Shown one piece after another: positions 54,637 to 64,000 of a stretch of 64,000 nucleotides of DNA; the first letter of the stretch is position 1; each line of letters begins with the position of its first letter. Position numbers and translations under genes: made by a program. The notes under the pieces were generated by a model. It was not told the origin of the DNA. It made no database searches and was given only the letters and a program-made list of their open reading frames with translations. This DNA is from Octopus sinensis. Lineage: Eukaryota. Location of the stretch: NCBI RefSeq assembly GCF_006345805.1, contig NC_043015.1:38068001-38132000 (forward strand), read 5' to 3'.

Positions 54637-56473
54637 AGAATCACAAAGACATGGACAACAATTTTCACCCTTCCAACTGAGACTAGAAAAATTGTTTCAG
54701 ATATTATAGGCATTACAAAGAGAATATTCCAGAGATAGTCTTTCTGTACTTCTTTTCATTTTGGCACTGAATCCATTATCGTTCCTACTGCAGAAAACAA
54801 ATGGTTACGTGCTAGGATCTTCAACTGCTAGAAATATCAATGTAGCTCATATTTTCTTTGTAGACGACCTTAAGATTTATGCTAAAAGTGTTAATAATGC
54901 AACAAAAAAAAACTGGAATTAATAAGATTTTCGGCTGATAAGGGCATGGAATTTGGCCAAAAGAAATGTTCATATTTGGTTATAGAACGAGGAAAATCAG
55001 TCCCCCAAAACCAAAACCTGTGTATCAACGGTCTCTCTATCTCCCCCATTCCACACAAAGAATGTTATAAGTACCTAAGCATAAACGAAAATGTATCATA
55101 TGAAGGCACTGTGAATAAAGATAGAGTGACTCGAAGATATTACACCAGACTCAGGAGAATATGGCAGTTGGAACTCCCCTCTTACAACAAAACAATATCC
55201 CACAATGCATTTGCAGTACCAGTGCTGATCCCAACCATTTGGGATACTTGATTGGTCTGTAGAGGGAATCCACTCCATAGATATCAAAACCCGAAAAATC
55301 CTGACAACAATTGGGAACTTCCACAGAAACAGTGATGTTGACAGGCCCTCCCTAAGAAGAAATGAATGTGGTAGAGGCCTGAGATCAATGCAGACGGCCT
55401 TCAGATGCCGTATGGTATCACTAAGGCAACGTCTGCTGAACAACAGCAGCAAAAATAAATATATAAATGCAGTGCTGAAAAGTGAAGTGAGCAACATTGT
55501 ACAAGTTGGCAGTGAGCTCCCAAGAAGTACTCTCTTCCTCAAAACAGCTGGACTCTCTTATCTCAGAGAAGACCTGGATGAAAAGAACTCAATATACTAA
55601 AAATAAAAACCGATGCATATGTATGTTGACCGGATGCTTGAAGAAGACAGTAGAATTGACACAAAGAGAAGCTTCTCTTGGACACAATGCCACTACATCA
55701 CCTCACACCACTTTGAGGGCTATGCGTTTGCAATCCAGGAACAGAATATTGGCTCGAAGTACCTAGTGAACAGGAGAAACAGTGACGCTCTTGGAATCCC
55801 AAGGTGCAACCGCATGTGTAGGCTATGTCATGTTTCTGTGAGAGACATCACGTATGTGATTAGCAGCTGTCCTAAAATGTCGTCATGAAACTACCTCCCT
55901 AGGCAGCACGATGTTGTTGCTAAAACAATTTACAATGCCATCCGCAAAAAAAACTGTCCTGAAATAAACTTAGAAAATCCCTCTGTTATGGAATATATTC
56001 ATAAACACCAACTCAAAGAATACTGGTGGAATATTCCTATCACAACTTCCGTCAAATAATAGGCCGGATATTGTTGCTTGGGGCAGTGGGACAAAGGTGT
56101 ATACCATCATAGAGGTCAGCTGCCCTGCAGATATAAATATCTCTTTGAAAATCAAAGAAAAAGAGAATATCTATGGACAACTACTTCGAAACCTCCAGCT
56201 TCTATATCCAGACTATGAATTCATATTCATACCGATAATAATTGGAGCACTAGGTTTTGTTAGTCAATGCCTAATGAAGAATCTGGATAAACTGGGATTT
56301 TCAGAAAGAGGAATCAACCGGCTAATTCGCACATTACAAGCGCAATCTCTGAGCAGAACAGTAAAAATATGCAAGTCTATTCTCAAGTTCCAAATGTGAA
56401 TTTTTCTGTGTTAACTACATTCCGGCTCCTTCCTCCGTGAAAAATTTATGATAATTAGAAAACAGAAGAGAAT
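54637..56473 (+). mobile_element. R4/Dong-type LINE (RT + zinc knuckle + REL), 5'-truncated, inserted in (CATA)n
   Basis: IFQRDSLS, FVDDLK, GMEFGQKKC, CRLCHVSVRDITYVISSCPKM, RPDIV, IIEVSCP, IIIGALG, VKICKSILKFQM*; (CATA)n on both sides. Confidence 0.92.
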
Positions 56474-56555
56474 ACATGCATACATACATACATACATACA
56501 TACATACATACATACATACATACATACATACATACATACATACATACATACATAC

Positions 56556-57003
56556 ACAAAAGAAACTATGTAAAGCTGAAGATCAGTTGAAAAGGGAATA
56601 TCTACGCTGAACTATTAAGAAATCTGCAGTTACTCTATCCAGATTACAAATTAAGATTTATACCTCTAATTATTGGGGCCCTTGTATGTGTATCAATCTT
56701 GGGAAATTAGGCTTCTCAAAACCAGAAAGAAGAAAGCTGATCGAAGACTACAGGTCTAATCCATCACTGGAATTGTAAAAATCTGTAAAACTTTCCAGAA
56801 GTTTATTATTTGAATATATATGAGTATGTCTAGATATGCAACTATATGCATGAGTATACATGCATAAAAGAAAACATACAAATCTGCATACATGCAAACA
56901 AAAATTGTTGATGTTGAAATTCCAACGAAGGAACTTTAGTTCAAAGTTAGAGAGAGATTATTTCTCTATTGACAAGAAATCTTGAAATAAAACTGAGCAA
57001 TTA
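56556..57003 (+). mobile_element. R4/Dong-type LINE 3' end immediately after a (CATA)n tract
   Basis: Closely similar to 43755-44230. Confidence 0.8.
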
Positions 57004-58057
57004 CATATATACATAAATACGCATGCATTTACTAAATTTCACAAGGAAAATGTTGCCAATGTCTTCGAAGTTTCGGTTCATTGGCCTTCGTCAAACAACA
57101 AGACAAAGCGTAAAAGTCACTGCCAATATTTTCCTTGTAAAAGTTTTATAAATATGTACTTTACAAAAAATTTTTGAATGATCCTTCAGTTTAATATTGA
57201 ACTGTATGTATGTATGTATGTATGTATGTGTGTGTGTATGTATGTATGTGTGTGTATATGTATGTAATGTATGTATGTATGTATGTATGTAAGTATGTAT
57301 GTATGTGTTTGTATGTATGTATGTATGTATGTATGTATGTATGTATGTATGTATGTATGTATGTATGTATGTATGTATTCATATGCACAGGGGGAGTATG
57401 AAGCAAACAACTCTTCTTTATAAACATGTTTTCTTGTCATTTTCTGATGAGCAACGCTGCAGTTTGCGTCTACCAAATTTAGTCATAAGTCTGTGGTTAG
57501 CCCATGGCTATAGTAGAAAACACTTTCTCAAGGAACCATGCAGAGGTACTGAACGTAGAACGATGTGATTAGGAACCACACAGTCATTCTTGCACCTAAT
57601 GTGTGTGTGTGTGTTTACATTTGTTGTTAAACCGACTATTGTGTCCCAATATCTCCCAAAGTTAGCAGTCCATCAAGCAGAGATCTATAAAATGAGTGTC
57701 AGATTGAAATATGTAATGAGGTCAGTATGATCAGTTAAATTTTTGAAGGTGAAACCCCATCATGGCGACAGTCGAAAGACTAAACTCAGTAAAATATTGT
57801 TTAAAGATTTAATGGCTTCAAATTTAAGATAATGGATTACTAATCCCAAGATAATGAGTTCAAATCTTTGTATTGAACTTCCACTCCATACGATAACACT
57901 ATATGTATATCTCAGTCTATTTGACTTCCAGCAATGAACAATTGTAATTCGAAATTGAATGGTTAGCAGTAAGAAAGACGTTCAGATTTCTTTAAAAAAT
58001 TATTGTGCAAAATATTCTGAGAAAAACAATTTTTCACCACAAAGAACACACCACACA

Positions 58058-58088
<31 letters not shown>

Positions 58089-58384
58089 CACGCGCAGAGG
58101 TATATCTGTGTTAACTTGAGCTACTAAAAATAGCAGCTAAATCTCTCTTAAAACACACCTTTTCATCAAAAGAAAGACAGATTTAAAGTATTTCAGGAAG
58201 AAAAAAAAAACTATGCTATGGATCAGCTGCATCGGAGGAAACTCTGGGTTAAACAAAACACAAACAAACATACTTCACATTAAAGGATTATCTACGAAAT
58301 AATACCAACAAAGTTGACGGTGTGTCTTCGAAGTTTCGTTCCCTGGTAAAACTACATGCATTTTAAACATATTCTGATTATGCG

Positions 58385-58460
<76 letters not shown>

Positions 58461-58461
58461 G

Positions 58462-58672
58462 TATATGTTTGTGTGTCTGTGTTTGTCTCCCCAACATCGT
58501 TTGACAACCGACGTTGATGTGTTTACGCCCCCGTAACTTAGCAGTTCAGCAAAAGGGTCCGATAGGATAAGTACTAAGCTTACAAAGAATAAGTCCTGGG
58601 GTCGATTTGTTCGACTAAAGGTGGTGGTCCAGCATGGCTGCAGTCAAATGACTTAGACAAATGAAAGAATGA
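58462..58672 (+). mobile_element. SINE family B 3' part
   Basis: TTGACAACCGA...CCCCGTAACTTAGC...TACAAAGAATAAGTCCTGGGGTCGATTTG...CCAGCATGGCTGCAGTC. Confidence 0.8.
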
Positions 58673-58727
58673 AACTCTCTCATGCACCAAATGTCAATTG
58701 CTAAAAAGCATTTGTGAAGTAAAATCA

Positions 58728-58800
58728 TGTAGCAACACCGAATGGCGGTGCCCCAGCATGGCCACAGCTCGTGAGCTGAAACTAGATGAAAATGAAAAAA
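58728..58800 (+). mobile_element. Isolated 3' tail of the CR1/L2-group LINE
   Basis: GTAGCAACACCGAATGGCGGTGCCCCAGCATGGCCACAGCTC...CTGAAACTAG, nearly identical to 31039-31095. Confidence 0.75.
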
Positions 58801-58814
58801 ATATATATATATAC

Positions 58815-58885
<71 letters not shown>

Positions 58886-58890
<5 letters not shown>

Positions 58891-59152
58891 GTAAATGTAA
58901 TATGTGACAATTATTCGGTAGCCATGATAAAACCTCCGAGTTTCGGATGACCAGGTGGAAATCCACGCCGCCATCTCTTCAGTTATCCGGCCATGAAGAG
59001 ATGGCGGCGTGGATTTCCACTTCGGTATTCGAACTCGGAGTTTTATCATGGTTACCGAATAATTGTCACATATTACATTTACAGATAAATTCCTCTATTT
59101 ACACAATATCAAGGTCCCTTTCATTCTTTTGTCGTCTTACCATTTTTATCAA
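58886..59152. mobile_element. Compact fold-back element containing a hammerhead motif
   Basis: 58886-58981 and 58994-59087 are near-perfect reverse complements with a 12-nt loop; (TA)n on both sides. Confidence 0.8.
58926..58987 (-). ncRNA. Type I hammerhead ribozyme motif
   Basis: Minus strand: GAUAA-CUGAAGA-GAUGGC...GUCAUC-C-GAAAC-UCGGAG-GUU-UUAUC; stem I GAUAA/UUAUC. Confidence 0.7.
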
Positions 59153-59157
59153 TATAT

Positions 59158-59211
<54 letters not shown>

Positions 59212-59672
59212 TACATATAAACACACATACATGCGTTTGTGTGTGCGTTTTCCCATCATTCTGTGTCGATCTACGTCAGATGTACGGCTTCACCACCCAG
59301 ACAGACGATACAGTCGAAGCAAAAAGTAAAAACCCAGGCAGGCGAGAAGGCGTGGCGGCGGGGTATGAGCAAGAGGAGTGGTGGGTAGTGAAGCAGCGGC
59401 GGCAACATCAGCAGCAGCAACAACAACAACAACAACAAGAAAAATAATCAGGTTCTTAAGTTTATGTCGCCGTTAATCCACCGGGATTAAAAATTCGTTG
59501 ATAACTTACACGTTGCACAACGCTGATTCAGCATAACACTGACCTGTGTGTGTGTGTGTGAGTGTGCGCGTGCGCATGTGCGCGTGTGTGTGAGTGCGTG
59601 CATGTGTGCGTGTGTGCTTGTAGGCGCGTGTGTGCGAGCGCGTGCACTTGTGGGTAAATATATGTATATGTT

Positions 59673-59713
<41 letters not shown>

Positions 59714-60068
59714 ATGTGTGTGTGCGTGTGAGTATATATGTATATATAGACACACTGACATATTTTTCTATATTTGTGTTTGTGTACACATATATACATA
59801 CAAGCATACATACATACAGACACACTCACACACACAGACACATATATATATGTATGTATATATACATACCTATATACATCTACATGCATATAAACACACA
59901 CACACAGTATTTTACTTTGAAGCAATGCTTTGAAGAAAGTAGAGAGCGGTTAGTGTCGGTGGGTGTCAGTTGCATGGTTCAACAAACAACGCTTCCAACG
60001 TGTTGACTTCATAACCTAATTTCCAAAATACATTCAGGTTTCTTATAATAGACGGATGTTACTTTTAA

Positions 60069-60105
<37 letters not shown>

Positions 60106-60415
60106 ACCGATTTATTCTGCATGTCGTGTCACTGAACAACGTACCTCGTCTGTTGCCCTTGAGCTACTGGCAAAGAGGTGCACATCAAACATGCACATAC
60201 ACATTTTTATGTGTATCTTTTAATACATATATGTATTTGTGTGTGTGTGTCCCGAAAGAATGGCTGTGTATTTAAGAAGTTTATTTCCTAAACACGTGGT
60301 TTCGGGTTCAATCCTTCGGCGCTAAAACTTGAGCCAATGTCTTCTACTATAGCTTCGGGTCGACCAAAACCTTTTGAGTGAATTTTAGTTGGAGTCTGAA
60401 AGAAGCCCGTCCATA

Positions 60416-60447
<32 letters not shown>

Positions 60448-60839
60448 GCGCGCGCGCATTCATATATATGATACTAAAGCAAACGAGAAGACGAGATAAA
60501 AAAATATATATATATGGTTGATGGTCTGGAAAATTCAGTCTTTTACACTTCGAGCGTTCAGTCTTGTACAGAAAGAATAGACGGAGACAGCAAAATGTAT
60601 GTATATGTATATACATATGTGTGCGTGCGTGCGTGCCTTTCTCTTAATAATGGGCGATGGTGGTAAACGAGTGTACACGCCAGACAAGCGATCTCATTTT
60701 CAAATACTCCAATATTCCGCGATAATATGTCTGGCCATGAGGGAATATCACTCTGCTAGGAAAGAGGTATACATATTACCGCAGCTTTGAAGCTTAAACA
60801 ATTTAAAGATTTAAAGACATACATACATACATACATACG

Positions 60840-60897
<58 letters not shown>

Positions 60898-61057
60898 GCA
60901 TGTGTATATATATTTATATGTGTGTGTGTGTATACGACAGTCTTTCTGTTTCCGTTTACTAAATCCACTCACATTGCTTTGGTCGGCCCAGAGCCACGTT
61001 GGTAAATCTAAATATATTAGTATAGACATTCATATATACATATGAAATGCGTGAACA

Positions 61058-61090
<33 letters not shown>

Positions 61091-61745
61091 CATATAATTA
61101 CTTTTTCGTCTTTTAGTCACTGCAGTGTGGCCATGCTGGGCGGTTACTTGAATGAGCTTTCGTGCACTCCGGCACTTATTTTATGCCGGATAATTATTCT
61201 AGAAGTCGGGCATGAACTTGCATATATACACACATCAGAATATTCATATACACATGCTTACAGTAATGCACATGCACATACATTATTGCATGTTTCTCGA
61301 TGTGTGTGTGTGTGTGAGAGAGAGAGAGTATTTATCTGTGTTAACATATGTGTGTAGATTGCACAGACATGCATACATATTCACACATGTATATATACAT
61401 GCATATATATATATATATATACACACACACGCACACGCATATACATACATACATACATACATACATACATACATACATACATACATACATACATACATAC
61501 ATACATACATACATACATACATACATGCATGTATGCATGCATGAATACATACATACATATGCGTATTTTTCAAGTAGAATTTTGTGGTGTTCACTTTTTC
61601 AGCTCCGACAACAGCTGATTTCTGGTATTACAGCTTTTCCATGCTTTGTTATGTATGCATGTATGTATGTATGAATGTTTGTTTGTGTGTATTCGTTACT
61701 ATATGTATGTATATATGTTTATATATGTATATGTACACGCACACA

Positions 61746-61785
<40 letters not shown>

Positions 61786-62317
61786 CCACATCCTTGCGTT
61801 GTTGTTTTTTGTTTTCTTGTTTGGATTAACTTTATATATATATATATATATACCCCCACACATACACACACACATAGACTTGGCCTGGCACTAGTCTGTG
61901 AAATAAGGTATTTTGCTGAAGCAGCAGAAATTTTCTTCGGTTTCTTCCTCTTTCGCTCCTCTCCCTAATACCGCTCCGTCTCCCATGCCCTCTTTCATTC
62001 TTCCATTCCCCAACAACTCCCTCTCTAACCCCTCCCCATTCGTTATGATATCATTAAACTCTTATACACACGTGCTGCGAGCACAAACATCTGTTGAAAA
62101 ACCCACTCCGATCTACCCATACACTTCAATCCCCACCCCCAGTTCCCAGCTGTACACCCACTCTCTCACTTTTTCTCTCACTGTACACGGGTGTGTATGT
62201 ATTTGGGTAGTTAGGTATGTATGTATGTATGTAGGTATGAAGGTAGTTAGGTGTGTAGGTATGCGTGTGTATACGTACGTATGTATGCATGTATGTGAGC
62301 ATATATACATTTGTACA

Positions 62318-62488
62318 CAGGCGCAGGAGTGGCTATGTGGTAAGATGTTTCCTTCCCAGCCACATGGCTTTGGGTTCATTCCCCAGCATGGCAACTTGGG
62401 CAAGTGTCTTCTAGTTTAGCCTTGGGCCAACTAAGCCCTCTGAGCGGATTTTGTAGACGGAAACTTGAAAGAACGTCGTGTGTGTGTG

Positions 62489-62579
<91 letters not shown>

Positions 62580-62830
62580 CTCTTTTATTCTTTTACTTGT
62601 TTCAGACATTTGACTGTGGCCATACTGAAGCACCGCCTTTTAGTCGAAGAAATCGACCACAAGACTTAATTTTTAAGCCAAGTATTTATTCTGTCACCTT
62701 CTTTTGTCGAATCGGTGAGTTACGGGGCCGAGGACGCACCAAAACTAGTTGTCAAGCTGTGTGGTGGTGGTGGTGGTGGTGGTGGTGGTGGTGGTGTGGG
62801 GACACATACAAACAAAGACACACTCGCACA
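62318..62830. mobile_element. SINE family B head (+, ~62318-62480) and a second copy's tail (-, ~62590-62830), separated by (TCTA)n
   Basis: GGCGCAGGAGTGGCTATGTGGTAAG...GGGTTCATTCCC head; TTTACTTGTTTCAG...GAAGCACCGCCTTT tail. Confidence 0.75.
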
Positions 62831-62869
62831 CACCACTCTTCCACACACACATATGTACGTACATACATA

Positions 62870-62969
62870 NNNNNNNNNNNNNNNNNNNNNNNNNNNNNNN
62901 NNNNNNNNNNNNNNNNNNNNNNNNNNNNNNNNNNNNNNNNNNNNNNNNNNNNNNNNNNNNNNNNNNNNN
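62870..62969. other. Assembly gap (100 N)
   Basis: Run of N. Confidence 1.
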
Positions 62970-63887
62970 ACCCATATCACCTGTTTGTGCCGTTCTGGTG
63001 CTGTCTTTCAATGTCGGTGACCTTGACGTTTCACACTGCGGTAAGCGACTCTGCGTTTCTGTTGCCGAAACCGAAAATGAAGCAGAACATTTTTTGCGTT
63101 TCCTGTCTTTTTTGGAGGGCGAAGCACCAGGCAAAGCTTGATAACTCTTTGATGCACTACGAGAACAAACCGTCTTTTTAATGTTATCGTCAATTGTATT
63201 CAAACTTTCTGATGGGTTTAGTTCAAGTAATGGTTTTATCAAAGAGTTCCGAGATGGTTGTCTGGAAAGTAACAGCGAGCTTTTTGAGTCCATTTGATAT
63301 TTCTCGATAATTCTCTGATGTAGCTTCCGTTTTTCCATTTGGAATTTTCTGCATCCAGTGATATCTGATCGCAGCTTCATTGTTAATGCCATTGGTAGTT
63401 TAAGGCGGCCAATTGTCCGATCGTGTACACTGCCCAGCTTCCGGTTGCTTTTGTTTCCTATGTCAACGACATTTCGAACTTGGCATTTTGAACGAAGTTT
63501 AGAGATGCTATACGGCTGGCCGACGTAATTAGCTTCAAAAAATAACTTGAACCATCGTCCGAAATAAAAGTTATCCTTGAAAGTCATTCGCATCATATTC
63601 TCCATTGGAATATTTTTGATGATTCCCAGTTCATTGAAAATGCACTGAAGGCATTTGAAATTGTGATATTTATCATAATCAGTCAGGCCTCCAATTCGAA
63701 CTTTTTTTAGCGAAAGTGATCCTGGGAACAGTATTTCCATTCCAAGACAAAGTTCTGTTCCACTTCCAAGCTCACCAATGTCTTTCATTTCTGGGCTAAG
63801 AGTTTCCTGAAGCCAGCTAATCAGAGTTTCTTTGCTAACATTATGTATCCCCTGAGACTGTGTATTCGTGACAACTTGCATCTCCAT
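62970..63887 (-). CDS. Intronless, divergent EB1/MAPRE (RP/EB family) calponin-homology domain protein; 3' end lost in the gap
   Basis: 306 open codons before the gap; SKETLISWLQETL...ELGSG...MEILFPGSLSLKKV...NFKCLQ..F...GIIKNIP...FKDNFYFGRWFKLFFEANY aligns by eye with the EB1 CH motifs SRHDMLAW, LFPGSIALKKV, FQDNFEFVQWFKKFFDANY. Confidence 0.85.
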
Positions 63888-64000
63888 TTTGTTAAACTGT
63901 CTCTGCAGTACGACACTTCGAAATAGGACTTTTAAACATATATCGAAATAGTGAACGAAGTCTTTTTTCGAAATTATATATCGCAGGCATGAACTGCCTT

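Noticed and set aside
57037-57142. Small inverted repeat with UUGACGA...GAAACUUCGAAGAC on the minus strand (similar word at ~58326-58340)
   Set aside because: No NUH triplet in register and weak stem II; may be a remnant of the same class but is not supportable
59260-59447. GC-richer stretch ending in a poly-Q frame
   Set aside because: No recognisable domain or clear splice structure; the poly-Q is a (CAG/CAA)n microsatellite
22809-62669. Dozens of ORFs rich in YI/IY, CV, HT, MYVC, LSLS or poly-L/Y/S
   Set aside because: Translations of (TA)n, (TG)n, (TATG)n, (GA)n and (TAA)n microsatellites; no coding signal
62745-62969. C-terminal part of the 380-aa ORF in the track
   Set aside because: It reads through the 100-N gap into SINE/microsatellite sequence; an artefact

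Overview
AT-rich, microsatellite-saturated animal genomic DNA. The repeat content points to a cephalopod, probably Octopus (inference). Almost all ORFs in the supplied track are translations of (TA)n/(CA)n/(CATA)n/(TAA)n repeats. The only convincing host gene is an intronless, divergent EB1/MAPRE-like calponin-homology gene at the right end (minus strand), cut by a 100-N gap. The rest is transposon debris: a Tc1/mariner copy with DD36E spacing, a Penelope-like GIY-YIG 3' end, many R4/Dong-type REL LINE fragments in (TAA)n and (CATA)n tracts, CR1/L2-group and RTE LINE fragments, Helitron-like ends and several tRNA-derived SINE families. The most interesting hidden signal is about ten minimal type-I hammerhead ribozyme motifs, found by eye. 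Most lie in non-coding fold-back (inverted-repeat) elements in (TA)n-type tracts, and one lies directly behind the Penelope GIY-YIG ORF. Together they show three alternative Watson-Crick pairs at core positions 3-8 (C-G, U-A, G-C) and self-complementary stem III sequences. This suggests a diverse population of non-autonomous Penelope/retrozyme-like self-cleaving elements. No ribozyme activity or database match has been tested.
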